Assembly (NCBI GenBank): GCA_964199315.1
Contig: OZ116708.1
Coordinates: 23,002,001-23,066,000 of the forward strand
Direction of reading: 5' to 3'
DNA: 64,000 bases
Source: Orbicella franksi
Lineage: Eukaryota
Shown: positions 39,501-53,337 of the stretch, piece after piece
Layout: every line of letters starts with the position of its first letter
Position numbering within the stretch: the first letter of the stretch is position 1
Program-made: the position numbers and the translations under genes
The notes under the pieces: generated by a model
What the model saw: the letters and a program-made list of their open reading frames with translations, nothing else
The model's database searches: none
Told to the model about the DNA's origin: nothing

Positions 39501-42500
39501 TTTTAAATTTTCTTTGAGATGGGAGAGGGGCATGCCCCGCCCTTCTCTTCTTCAGTCAGTTTAACAAGCTGTTACAGCCCCTTGCTCCCCGAATTGTCTG
39601 GTTACACCCTTGGTAAGTCTATTTTGTCCAAGCGGTCAAAACATCGTCGAAAAATATTTTTACTCAATTGGGTTTTGCAACGATTTTTCCGTTAGTTGGA
39701 ACTTAGCTATATAGATGTGAAAAACACCTCAACTTTACTTCGTCTATTCATTATTGTTAGTTTTGGCCAATTGAATCTTTCATTTGGTCATTTTTCCCAA
39801 AAAAGAGTTTTCCAATTTTAGATGATGAAAAACGCTATGGTCCTGGAATGACCCCAACACCAACGCAAAGCCCCATTCGACTCGTCTCATTTTTTATGCA
39901 AGCCTGCAACTTGTAAACCCCCTCCCCCCCCCCCCTCCCACCAGCCCTTAAAGAAAAACGCAGTGATGGGATGTGTTCCGAAGAAAGCTAAGGATTAAAA
40001 TTGCCTCTATACTAAGATTTCCCCTAGAATAACTGTATACATTACAATTACCAAAAAGGTGCTTCACCACCTCAAGTAGGGGGGGGGGGGGACAGTAGTG
40101 TCTTGATGTACAAGCTGCCAATCATTGTTTGAATCAAAATAAACAGTTATTGTTACCTCGTGATTTTGAGCTTGTTCCACACATGCGGTTCAGAGTCCTT
40201 TTCAGCCAGTATCCAGAAGATGATGAACAGTTGCATCTCGTATATAACTGAAAACCAAATCAAGCAGTGACGTCAAATGTTTGAAATCTTCTACCAGACA
40301 TTTCCCACACCGGTCTCTAAACGTTATTTCCCTGCATATCCGACACAAGCCTTCAGCCCTTCAACACCCAACTCTTTTGCTACAGACTATAACAAGGCCC
40401 TCCCTAGGAGGTAAGGTAACCCTAGAGTTAGGGTTACCCTAACAAGAGGGTTATAACCCAGCACTTCCAAATTTCTTGCTAATTTTCCAAAGGAATATTT
40501 TACTTACCTTTTGGCTTTTTTGCGCTAATTCCAGAGATATAGTGGACAATCTGCTCCAGGCGCTTGACTAAAACAATCAAAAGTGTCATCCTCCATGCCA
40601 CCTAAAATGGTAAAAAAATAAAGTATTTTTAAACTACATGAAAGTTTACCATAGATCTCTCCTTCCCGTTAATTTCTGACACGTTATCGTGTCCCGCTAT
40701 AACTCGATGTAAACAATATCTTTGTTACCTTACGGCGTTGTCTCTTGCTTGAGAAATCGAGAAGACGACTGCAAAAAGAGATATGAGCATGACTCGTCAA
40801 ATTCCGGAAAATATACATTCCCACGCCAACTCCCTGTAAAATATAAAAAATTAAACTTATATGTAACGTCAATAATGCACTAGTGAAACAATAACAACTT
40901 CTCTGAACAAACACCCTAGCTAGCTCATCAATGGGAAAAATCAACTTGTTTAAAACACCCAATGACTTTAAAGTATAAGAATTTTGCGTCAAATGTTAAA
41001 AAATGTATTGAAGAGTGAGCGATTAGTTTTGTGTCACAGTCGAAGCCCGATCTTCGAAACGGAAACTTCACGCGAAAAATAATCCTTTTAAAAACATAAC
41101 TCAAAAAAACTTTCGTATATGACGATTTTTCCTTTTTGTAACGAGCACAAAAACGAAAGATTCACCCAAAAAACAATTCCATAAAATCAGGGTGCAGATC
41201 TCGCTCGAAGACAATTTCAACCATGTAATTCCAGGTAAACAACGTTTAAATATGCAAATATAAACTTCGGTTTCGACGTAGTGGAGCAATTAAACCGTTT
41301 TGAATTCTATAACACGTTGGGAATGTAAAAGGTAAAGAAATAAACGTCTTTCAACAACATGCTTAGAGAAGACTAAATGTAAGGAAACTATAGAAATGAG
41401 TTACCTCGACACTGTAGACAGTGTGCTTGAAAGTCTGCATCTCCTCTGCCAATAGATATGTATACATTCAGCATTTGTTCACTGCCCCCTTTCAGTGCAC
41501 GGTAAGAGAAAGGCCTCCTGGTCGTCGTTCAATACATACATTTTCCACGCAGGAACTAGTGTCTTGAAGATTATTCAACGGAGAATCAAAGCAACTTTAC
41601 TTTCCCGTCACTCGGCAGTTGCCGCGTGCGAAGTTAAAGATGAAATATGAATAGTAATGAGTGAACGTAATTTGAATTTCAAAAAGCTTCACCAAGCAGT
41701 AAATTTGCGGGAAGACTAGAGCGATTTTTGCTCTTTACGACTCCTATGTTGTTTGTGTGAATTTTTTGAAGATCTTTTTAGAGGAAACCTACGTTTATGA
41801 GTTCTGCATGATTCAGAGGAATACGGTTTGATAACTGTTAAGATTAACTTCTGTTTTGGGGAAGGGGAGGGTGAGTTGCTTGTCGCGCCCATAGACTGTC
41901 TGTAACCCTGTTTGTTAAAGAGTCAGCAAAATTTAGCACTTTAGAGATATAAAAAAATCATACATATGGCCGCATTTTTTGTTTATTAAAAGTGATGGTG
42001 AGCCAGTACTGGTCGGTAATTACTAATGACGGAAATTTATAAGTAAGTGTTAACACCACAAGATCAAGAGTCATACGTGAAAGAAATCCACATGTGGGGC
42101 TTATTTCGTGTCAGTAAAAGGGAACTTACGGAAATAGTGTTAACCTAACTCTTGCCCTTTAATTACTTGTAACAACGTGAACTGAATAAAATTGCTTCTC
42201 TACTTGAGGAGGTCCTTCAGGGTGGTCAAGTCTTATACTTCAAGTTAGAGTTTTTAAATCGTGTTTGTATGTTTAAAGGAAATCTGCTAAGATTAACTTT
42301 GAAAAACAAACTATGTTAAGGTTTAATTAAGATTTCGTCCGACTGTCTTCAATGTTTACCTGACAAAGAATGAGCTTTACATAGTTCTGATTTTATTTTT
42401 CTTGTCCAACATCTCGGGATAGAGAAAAGCGACATTTAAGTTTGTCCCTCTTCAGATCGAGAATTCCTTCTAAGATCTAAGCTAAGCTGCTTTTTTCAGT

Positions 42501-42842
42501 AAAAAGGAATGACATTTTTGACATTTACTTTGTTTAACGGGTGGCACAGTGGATCTGAACAAGCGTAATACCTCCTTGTTCCTGTCTTGTCATTTCTAAA
42601 AAAAAACAAACAAACGTGAAATGGCCAAGTTCTGGGTTACGGCAGAGAAGGTTTCAAGCCTCTTTGCCTTTAGCAATTATTTGTCTATGAGAGACAAACT
42701 AAAATCATTTAGATTATAGCGAGACCTGACTCGCTTCCCTCAGTTTGATTGCCGTAGTTTCTTGAACTCTTTTAATAGTTTCCCAAACACGATAGTTCAA
42801 GTTTCAAACTATCCATGCGACTCAGTGGAAGTCAGTATAGAA

Positions 42843-45800
42843 CTAAAGAGTCAGTTTAAAGAAAGTCTTAAACTTTTTCAAGGAACTGACTTTAGTTTTG
42901 TTCTCTTTGGACTTTTCGTGCACCGTACATGGATGCCTTTCCAGTTGCTCGATCTGTCTTTTGGAGGTTTGAGATGTCTTGTTCAGTTCAATTGATGAAT
43001 TTAAATTCTCTTCCAAAGCGTTTGCACAACACCTATTATCACAGTCTTCACTCTGACCAGGGATTGTTCTTTCCTCAATGAGCAATGAAGGTCGCAATCG
43101 TATTTCCTCAAAGAGGTCCTCAGGAGCTTCGGACGTTTCTATGTCTAAGTCCTCAACTAAAATGTCCCTTAATGTGTATCTCTCCCTACGTTCCATGTTT
43201 GAAGGGCCCTCCGCAGTACTTGATGATGGCGCGCTCGTACATGTAGTGGGCCCATTTTCCATTGTCTTATCCGAGCCCTCGTGGTGTAAGGGCCTGGCTT
43301 GAGGCACAGAATATCTCGACGCATATTCCACTGCCAAGGTGTTCAAATAATAAAAACGTAATTTAAATAAGAAATTAAAACATATTGTGTGTTTAGTATC
43401 TTCAACAAATCACTGAAGGTCTGGGAACGTTCGAAAATGTGTTTGATCATCCTCGGAACACTCCGTAAGGGTTCGTAAATGATCGGAGACCGTCGTTGTA
43501 AATTTTGAGTAATTCAGTCTTCAATAAGCTTCAATAATTAGAGGACGTCCACTAAAAATAATCCAAGCACTTGTTTTCCAAAATTTCCCATTTTCAAATT
43601 TCCAAAACTGATCTTTTCATACGACAAACACGAGATTAAATCTTTTCAGTTTCTAAACTTGAAATATCAATTTTCTATACGCATTGCCATACAATTCTTT
43701 CGATGCAGTTCTAAGAATTTGGCGGTACATCAAGGCAATATCACTTAGCTAATGATTTCCTGTGTTGTCAACACCTGCCTTCTCGGCATTTTATTGATTT
43801 GGTAAAACCTCTCCACAACGGCCACCTTGGGGACAGAGGAAAGTGACCATTGTGTAGAGGTAGCCGTTTTGGGGAGGTGGGAGTACAATATGACACTTGT
43901 ACTTTTTCAAATGGTTTAACATTTTTAAATGCTTATTGTAGCATGTAAATACGTAACATATCAATAAAACAGAAACCAAACAGAAACAGAGACCAACGAC
44001 GCGCAGTGTACATGGATCACGTTTTGTGACCTTTTCCAATAAAGATGGGCTTTTGTATACACCGCTCGTCAGACGTTAATTAACTGGCCGTTGTGGAGAG
44101 ATTTTTCTGTCAATCTGGACGCGTTTTATTGGCCGATGCCGTTGTGGCGAGATGGCCGTTGTAGAGAGGTTAGAATAAGAGAAAATGTATGGGCTTTTCG
44201 CCAAGACAAAAAAAGTGGCCATTACTTAGAGATGGCCGTTAGTGAAGACTCGACTGTATTCTGTAAACGTAAAAATTAAATATTAAGTTAAATCATCTCA
44301 CCACTTTCTAACTTTTTCCCCAGGAGATTCTGATATCTAAGAGCATTATCCAAGGGGGTTAAAGCAGAATCAGTGTGTACATTTGTACCAGCAATGTGTC
44401 CAAATGGTTCGGCATATATGTTTACCGCGTCATGAGGCTTTTTGGCGTGGTTTGAAGGTTCTTGGAACTCAATCTGATCATCTTTTTGATACACAGCATT
44501 TGAAACTAAGCAGATAAAAAGTTTATGATTAATCATGATGACTTTTACTGAAGATACGGGTAGACATCTATGGCCTAGTTCACGCTATCTAGCAGCATAA
44601 CGACAAAAACATAACGACACAAAGAGGACGTTCTGTTGTTATGTTTGCAGTGTGAACATTAAGACATAACGACATAATAGCAACATAAGGCGGACATGAA
44701 CATAAAGAAATAAGGAAAAAGAACTGACGTTTCCTTATGTCTTCATGTTGATGTTCACCTCACCGACATAAGTGATCACATCGTTATGTAGTCATGTCGT
44801 TAGTATGAATCAAGCGTAACACGGTTTTACATCACTGAGAAACCAGTGACACTCCTACATGCACAATAGCATGGAGAGACCTTTAGTAGTTAATGCCTTA
44901 GCTATTATCGTAAGGCTTAAAAAATAAAGCATGGAACTGAAAGAAGTCAGTTATTTCTTTTTGATTTTTTTGTTAAATCTTACCTGATCCCTGAGTTTCA
45001 TTTACACCTGAAGAATTTCCCCTCTCAACCAATTCATAAACAGAAACATTTTCTTCACTTCCATGGATGGTAGCGTCCTGTATGGGCGTGATTTAATTGT
45101 AAGTGAGTAAAGAGTTTGCATCAGGCCAGTGGCCCATATACAGCCGGAGCTTATATTATCCCAGTTTCTGTAATACTGATGAAACGACTACAGCTTGGAG
45201 TATATCTACCCCCTCCCCCGCCCTTGGATGGGCTGCTATTCCATCACAAGGTTACCCCCAGCGTTAAATTTGCCAGTACCCATTCATACATCTTGGTGGA
45301 CGGCAGCGAGAGTGTCCTGCCTAAGAACACATGGCCATTCTCAAATGAGTTTAAACTGCACGAATCATACTTTAATTATTCCGGTTTGCCATAATCACTC
45401 GAAATAAAATGTTCCTTTTAAATCAATATGAGTATAACTTCGCACGTAAGAACGCTGAAATTGACTCACCTCACTAAAAGAGTGTACCCTGTCTAAAAGA
45501 GAAGTAAACGAAAAACAGTTTGCTATGTACTTTCTAACTTATTAGGGGTAGATGTTTTTCTAGCTTCGCTTTGTGTCCAACTTAAACATATTTTAAGTTT
45601 TAAGCCCTGGCCAAACGGACTCGCAAGCAGACAACGTGGAAAACTTGGGTCTACTTGCGAGTCCGTTTGGCCAGGACTTGCGTGCACTTGCGTTGACTTA
45701 CGCTCACTTTGGTCGAGATCAAATTTGCACGCAAGTCGACGCAGGTCTTTCACGGTTTGGCCACCCAACCCAAGTGAACGCAAGTTGAGAGACGTCCTTA

Positions 45801-48800
45801 TGCCTGTTATTAGCCAATGAAATACAGAATATGTCTGCCTTGACATGTTTTTTTGCGACTTGCTTGTACTAGTCTGTTTGGCCACCCAACGCAAGTCTCT
45901 ACTTGCCGCAAGTTCAACTTGCGGCTACACAGTCTTACAAGTTTGAAACTGAAAGCAGTCAGGAGTACCGCACGCACACCAGGGTTTCATCCACAGACTT
46001 AAACAACCACCTTGTACAGCATAATAACAGTACCACATGAAAGTACTGCTCAATAGCTTTCGTTTGAATGGTCACACATTATAGTTTTATCTTAAGATTA
46101 AAATTTATAACCTTTTTGTACAGCATGACAAACAGTACCACATGAAAGTAGGGTCACAATCAGACATCTAAGAGCTAAAACTCCCTGGTATAGCGCAGTT
46201 AGTTAACAGTATCACATGACAGTACTTCTCAATAGCTTCAACATGAATTATCTAAAAAGCGTAGAATTCAGCCACAGATTAAAATATACGATCACATTAC
46301 GTGACCCTTTGGTTTGGATCTAGTCAGAAAAGGCTTAAGGAATCCACAAGAGCTGTCCAAAATAGAAGAGGAACTTCCTCTAGTGTCCTTATAGAACTAT
46401 TGGCCTTTAGAGTCTAATACTGAACAAAACCGCAGCACCCCTTCTGATGTTTGATCGACTAGCATGAACTAAACGAAATGGCTAGTGTTCCAATCGCGGT
46501 CGTTTTATCATACCGTTATCATAGCCGCAATCAAACGTACTCGATCGTTATCTACCTGGCTATTAAGCCATCGTTGTGGCTTCGTTAAAGTTATCATGTT
46601 CAAGCAATAGTGATTTTCTCTCGCATAGGAACTAAATCACAATCTCATTTCCGATTTCTTGAATAATATACTGACTCTTCCATTCGATTCTCAAAAATAA
46701 GCGGCCTCTGGACCTTTCATGCGGAACGCTCTACAATATATTTGAAAAACAATTAAGGCCCAAGCAAGTTTAATCAGGAAGAAGACCAATAATCAAACGA
46801 AAACTGTATCAGATTTTTCTTTCGAAAAAGGGAAATCAGAGAATTAAGTCTATAGCAATTTTATAACTGAATTCAAATCAACCAAACAGTTTCCTTTTGA
46901 ATATTAGCCCTAGTAAGGAAATGTGAGAGCACAAAGGCAAACCAGAACTTTTTTAGACTTCGGTGAGATTCTAACCAAAGATTTTCGGATTAGATTACCG
47001 TTGGTCTCGGCTATTAAATTACAGAGTTGTCAAGGCCAGATTGGAGTAGGTCGTGGGTTATTTCGATGGTTATTCTTAACAAATAAAAACAAAAGACTAG
47101 CTAACCTTCTCCGTCCCCGTCTCTGTCAGCTCCAACACGTCTGAAAAGAAATACAATTGTACATGGTTTGTAAAAAGTCTTTAATAGTGTTAAGGAAATG
47201 GTTCGTAGTTCTTGGTTTGAAATAGTCTTGGTCAAAAAAAACCCACTCGGAAAAAAAAAATTCGAATACTTACATCAAATGACCCATTCTTCTGGCAAGG
47301 AAACACAACAGAAGTGAAACAAGGATGATTAAAATGCCCGCCATGATTCCTGGGATCACAGCCGTCAACATGATCCGGCTCATGGATGGGCTCATCTGAG
47401 GAAATGAATTGAATTAAGAATGACATATTTAGTCAATGTACTTAGCCTCGAGCTACACTGAACTACTAAGTTTCGAGGTGTCACACTCAAACAGACGAAA
47501 CAAACATTACAAATAAACAAAACAAGGCTACAAATCTCAACTGGTGGGAGGCAGAACGGTTAGTTATTCACAATGCGTGATTAAGGCCCAGGTCAAACGT
47601 CGAACTTCACATAAGACGAATTAAACTGAGCGAAGTACGTTCGTGATATTAAATTTCGACGTTTGACTCAACAGAGTTTGTCCGACTGAATTTAGATCTA
47701 AATTCGAATTAAGTTCGACGTTTCACCAAACGGTCGAGCTTTACTCGTTTGGATCGACTCAAATTGCAATTATAGTTCGTCTCTTGTGATGTTTAAAGTT
47801 TGACCTGGGCCTATAACTAACGACTACCAAGAGAACCTCCATTTAGTGGCAGGGTCGAAGGCTTGAAAACTGAAACTTGTATAGCTCTAGATTACAACAC
47901 CAATACCTTAAACCACTCGTAAAGACACAAACGGTTAAGTCCTGCAAGTCGCACACAAATGTTTATCAATTATATTTGCAAATATAAGCGGCTTTTTGTT
48001 ATATGATTTTTGAAAATAGCCTACGAGCGCACGAAAACCACTCTCATCCAATCACAGAGCGCGTTTTAAAAATATACTTTTCGTTATAAATATCTATTAA
48101 TATCTAAGGGTTCTTGCGGTGAGAGAAAAATGCGGCAAGATTTTGTCACGAAAAGGGGAAGGCAATTTCACAGCCCCTGTCGTATATAAAACAGTTAAAT
48201 GAGCGAAATCAAGACTATAACCTTACCTTATCTATCATGGCTTTTTGGTCTCCATCTCCTAAAGTTTGATTCATTCCAATACTTTCATTTACAAAAACCG
48301 AGCTAAATGCTGTTATAGTATTAGTCGAGTGTAGAACAGAGCGCGAAGTCATTCGTGACAACACAGACTGGGTTGAATCCATTTTTCCACGAAATATTGA
48401 AAGTTCTTCATCGTTATCAACAGGTGTCGACTGAATACTTGTGTTACCGGTCAGTGGCTGGGAAATTGTATTCGCGGAGAGAGATACAAACAATGATAAT
48501 CCCTCGTTAGATATTGTCTGAGGTTCTCGGAATAAAGGCGTGGTGGCTACGCGTACAGTTTGTGTCGGCCTAAATGAAGTAGCAACTTGGTTGATAGGTG
48601 TGATACTTGTGTGGCTAACACTTGAAGGTAACGTATATGAAGAGGATTTCCATGTCAGCGAGAAGCTGTGAGTTCGTGATGGTTTATATGAAATGGTGGA
48701 TAAGGTGTAAATTTCTTTGTGCGATGTGCTTGAAATCCAATATGGCGAAGCTAGCATCGTTAAAGACATCGCAGGCAATAACTTTTTCCGATTAAATGGA

Positions 48801-51800
48801 CCTGTGGATCAAACACATTAGAGGTCACGAATAAATTATCCTGCAGGCCACGAATAAATTATCCTGAAGGCCACGAATTAATTATCCTGCTAACAAGACT
48901 GACCTGCACAACGGGCACTTTGTCTTGGTAATTGAAACATGCAAAAAGCTGTTCCAAGACAACTTTTAAGAGTCAGGGCTTAATATACTGTGTAACCAAT
49001 GTACCAATGCTTGTAATCTTTTTAAGAGTAAAACAGCTAAAAAATAGTCCCTTACGAGTAAGAGAACAACTTTAATTACAACTACAAATGGTACGATGAG
49101 TAAACATGACGACGAAATAACCCAAATTTACATACACCAGACTTAATCAAGGACCCGGTTCCAAGGCTATCATCTACACCTTTATTGGGGGGAAGGGTGT
49201 GGGTTCAAATGAGTTGAAGAGTGTAGTTTCAGGATCATATATAGACCTTCAACTCGCTGGAAGTACCAAGTTTCCTCCGGCCTAGAGGTTCGTTAGTATA
49301 AAGGCTAAGTGCCCCACGGTTTCCCATCCAGCAAAAAGCCGGATAGGATACAGATATTTCGAGGAACAGCCTCTGATAATTAAAAGTACATTACGGTATC
49401 ATTGTCTATGGCAAGGTGCTAATATTCTATCATGTTTTTGTTGGTGAACAGCTCATAGGCCCAGGAAAATAAAATACAAGGAAATATCAACTTACATTTA
49501 ACGGATCCTCTAAGTTTAAAAATCAAACAAGGCTCTCCATTGGCCGGAAGACAGGTCAAACCAAGTTTTATTACACGGCCGTTCAACAAAGATGAGATGT
49601 TCTCATTGTCAACCTAGATAACGAAAACATGAAAAAAAATATTATTTTGATAGAGCAGTGAAACAACTCATATTATTTAGAAAGTAAACTAAGACGTTCA
49701 AGGAGCCGTTCAATATAACGAAAAGGACAACAGAAGTGTTTATCAAACTTGGCTTCGTTCACATGCACTACGCCCGAGAAACTTGAAAACGGAGTTTTCA
49801 CTCCGAAAATGCATCAAATGTTTTCCACCCACACTGCGCCGGAGAAATTTATAAACGCATCAATCACCGGCGGCAGAAAAGCTTGAGAGCACCCTTAAGG
49901 GTCAGGGTTAGTGACATGATTATCAAGAAGTCGTGGTTTTCGAGAAACTTCATTTTCAAAATGTTTCTCGTCCACACTAAAATTCAAAGGCGGCTTTTTC
50001 AAACTCCTCCGGTTTGAAGAGTGTTTTCGGAAAGCTCCGTTTTCGTGACGGATTAGTGTGGACGGAAGGCCTAACCGTAGAAATAAAGTTGCGTTTTCAA
50101 ATTTCTCCGGCGTAGTGTAGATGGGTCCATAAGTAATTTTTACGATAACCTTCGTGTAAATGTTAATATCAATATTGCGCTTTGTTTTGAAGAGAAACTA
50201 TGTTTGAAATTTTTGACGACCCAAATCAATGCTATATAGTTTCTCGAAGCCAATATTTTCCCGTCATATGACAGACAATTAACAAATGTTGTCAAATAAA
50301 GAAGTATTGCTATATATATATTACATAATTATGTGCCAAATAGCAATGTCTGCTTTTGCTCTCGCACGGTTTTGGCCTCCAAATGGTATACGATCAAATC
50401 TGAAGGCAACCGTGCTGCTAAAATTTGGGTAAATTCCTCCTCTTTATACACTCTAGGTAAAATTAAATCACTTGCCTTTAAGATGGGGCTATCCATACAA
50501 CTCTGATTTAATCTAAACGTGTTCAGCACGGACATTTTGTCAATGGGACGCCAGGTTCCGCACTCAAGATACATTGAAGTTGATTCATTAATGGTACAGT
50601 TTTTGGATGGTAGTACGACAGCTCTTTGATCTCCTTCCTTGAGAACTTCCAATGGGTCGTCGACTTCAGTATCCGAAGAAAATTGAAATCCACAGCCTGC
50701 GGGGCATAATATTTTAACAACATAAACCCAGACTAAACTATCAAACACATTTTAAGGTTTAACCTTCAAAAATAATCAAATCTTGTTAGCCACGCGAAAA
50801 ATGTTTGGCTGACTAGTTCCAAACTTCTAATCTAGCATTTTGCTTGACGATTTTCGTTCATCCAAAATGACGGTGGATTGTTAAGAATTAGCCGGGCTTT
50901 GAAAAGCTATTACTTGGTTCTCTTTCTTAAGATGCTCTGATTTCAGTTAAAATGGAAACCATTTAAATTCCTGATAAATTGCTTTATCACTTCCTATACT
51001 TTATTCTCAGATTGTAAAGGATGATCAACTGTCTCTATATACAGTAATTAAGCGACAGGTTCTAGCAGAAGACGTATTCATGTTTAGTTATTGGATAAAC
51101 ATTTCGACTGTGCTCGAACCTGGCCTTTACAGTTCCGTTGGTCGTCACCATAGGTGCAGTGATGCAGAAGTCATAACTACTCCGTTTTACCTTGCAATAT
51201 TGAAGTCATCGGCAATATTTAAAAATATAACTTCCCGGAGGGCTAGTGGTTGATATTAAATTTAATATAATGATACTGCGGGGGAACTCCAGTTGAGTGT
51301 TACCGCACGTGAAATACACGACATCAAAACAAGAACTATCGTTCCACTCGAAACTTTGCTACATTATGCAACTTTTTCAGACTTCAGAACACTGTTTCAC
51401 CTAACGTTCACCTAACTTCCCCCGGGGGTCCCTTAAATGGGCTGTATAGCCGTTTTGGTCATGGCTTTGGGAAGCGGGCCGCACACCCCACTGATTTTTC
51501 TTGGACTACCCTCTGGGAAAACAGCATGCAGACAATCAGTATAGTGCGTACATCTCGAAATGCACGTGCGTGACACACTTTGATACATTTCTAAGCCAAT
51601 TTTTCACTGAAACGTCAACGTGAAATAATCATATTTTGGGTATAAGAACTTAACAACGGTGAAATCTCCATGTTTCGATTTGGATCTAAAGGTGATATCT
51701 CTAGTTATTCAGTAACACAGTCGGCTGTGGCGTAAATTAAATAATTCCTCTAAGATACTTACATCAGTTTGTTCTATGAATTGCGCGTTATGCAATCATA

Positions 51801-52480
51801 TGTCAGTGTCAAAACTTTTTTATGTACATATGTAAAACTTTGAATCAAAGTTTAGTCCAAGTTTCAATCTTTCATTCTCCATTACACAAATTCCTGTTAT
51901 GTTTGATCAAACTGAGAATATATATGGTGTCGTTGCATCAACACCATTGCCACGCACAGTTGTTGATTTCTTAATTCTCGACACCTGTTTACTTAATCCT
52001 GTATTGATATTGTAGAAGGAATTAAGATTTTTATCACTTTTAGGAGTTAAAGTAAATTTAATTATTAAGCGGAAACTGTCGGTTAGAAAGCAAACAAAAA
52101 CCTTAACGCACAAGTTTTAGAGTATATGTCCCATAAACTTTGAAGATGTTTAAATACCTACCTTCACTTTGGCGAAGTTCTCCGTTATCCACACATTGCC
52201 ACTTTCCATCAAAAAAGCCAAATGTTGAAGCTTCACTTTTACATTCGCAATGAAGTGTGGAACTTGAGTTTATTCCTCTCGGAATCACAGCATTGAAATC
52301 TTCGCATTCAAATTCCTTGCTTCCAAAATTCATTCCACCATTAGCTCTAACCCGAAAGCCATCTACTACTCCATTGTTCATAGCCTGAAGGGATGGTCTA
52401 TTGATCACAATTTTGGCAGAGGATTCTTTACTTCTTTTTACCATTAGCAAAAAGCAAATGGCAAAAAAGGCAGTTTGCAT
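42843..52480 (-). CDS. Receptor paralog D, about 693-701 aa, type I membrane protein with a long S/T stalk
   Basis: Exons 52480-52162, 50696-50476 (GC donor), 49613-49496 (GRVIKLGLTC...CLIFKLRG), 48801-48227, 47395-47274 (TM AVIPGIMAGILIILVSLLLCFLA then RR), 47140-47106, optional 45007-44984, 44505-44302, 43330-42843. Sum is 2082 nt without the optional microexon, in frame. Confidence 0.8.
43800..44259. mobile_element. Possible Tc1/pogo-type MITE
   Basis: Left end aacctctccacaacggcca; right part has repeated tggccgttgt(g/a)gagag and ends in ctcgactg-TA. Confidence 0.45.
45601..45930. mobile_element. Non-autonomous repeat with internal inverted repeats
   Basis: ggccaaacggactcgcaag / cttgcgagtccgtttggcc inverted pair and repeated tttggccacccaac. 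Confidence 0.6.
47585..47811. mobile_element. PIF/Harbinger-like MITE (227 bp)
   Basis: TIRs ggcccaggtcaaac / gtttgacctgggcc, flanked by TAA and TAT (imperfect 3-bp TSD). Confidence 0.65.
48826..48890. repeat. 23-bp tandem repeat x3, about 25 bp from the gene D exon 4 acceptor
   Basis: cacgaat(a/t)aattatcctg(c/a)aggc is repeated three times. Confidence 0.9.
49751..50128 (-). mobile_element. Interspersed MITE-like repeat, copy 2 (gene D intron 2)
   Basis: Reverse-complement match to 28749-29102; termini cactacgcccgagaaa / tttctccggcgtagtg. Confidence 0.75.
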
Positions 52481-53337
52481 CGTCCTCGATGAAATAGGAA
52501 ACTAATATCTGGTTTTACTTACTGAAAAAAGTAACCCAGTTTAAGTCAGTAAACAATTAACTTAAACAGGGTTTTTCGTGCATGCGAAGTTTCGAACTCT
52601 ATAATGCCTTTTCAATAAAATGATCTTGTAACAATTTTACACAAATAGAAAGTTGTGAACACTGGTCATCAAATATCGGACGATATACTTGATAGCATAT
52701 ATTGCCTTTTGTAAGTAATTTCCTTTGCGCCTCTCGTTTGCTCAAGTGGGAACTTTCAGGGGGCATAACGATTTGATCAAGAAATGATCCTGCAAAAATA
52801 TTCCCCGCCGAGAATAAAATAATTTATTACCAGCGGACAATTAGTTTATTAGCATTTCAAGAATGCACCATTGCTGGTATTCTCCGTTCGATTCGTTTTT
52901 GTCAGACATTAAATTACCCTTCGATTCAATTCAATCAATTGAAACGTTATTGTTCGTCACATTCTTTTTAAAGTGTCTTTTCATTCAGAATTAGAAATAT
53001 TTAATGTTTACATTTCAACAACGTTAAACAATTTACTGATGAACACAGTTAAGACTATTGGCCAATGAAAAGGGTTTTATTTTTGCAGTTTTTTCAAACT
53101 TTCGAACAAACAAATGTCGGCCTTCACTTCAATTCAATTGCGTCATTTATTGTTCGTTGCATTTCTTTTCAAGTGTCTTTTTATTCCGAGTAGAAAAATT
53201 TCCTGTTTACATTTTTAAAACGCTAAAAGAAGAGTATTGGTCAGCAAAAAATGCCTTATTTTTGTACATTTTTCCACGTTGTTGAACAAACAAACGTCGG
53301 CGAACTTTGAAACAGACAAGTATGAGGTTGATATTCG

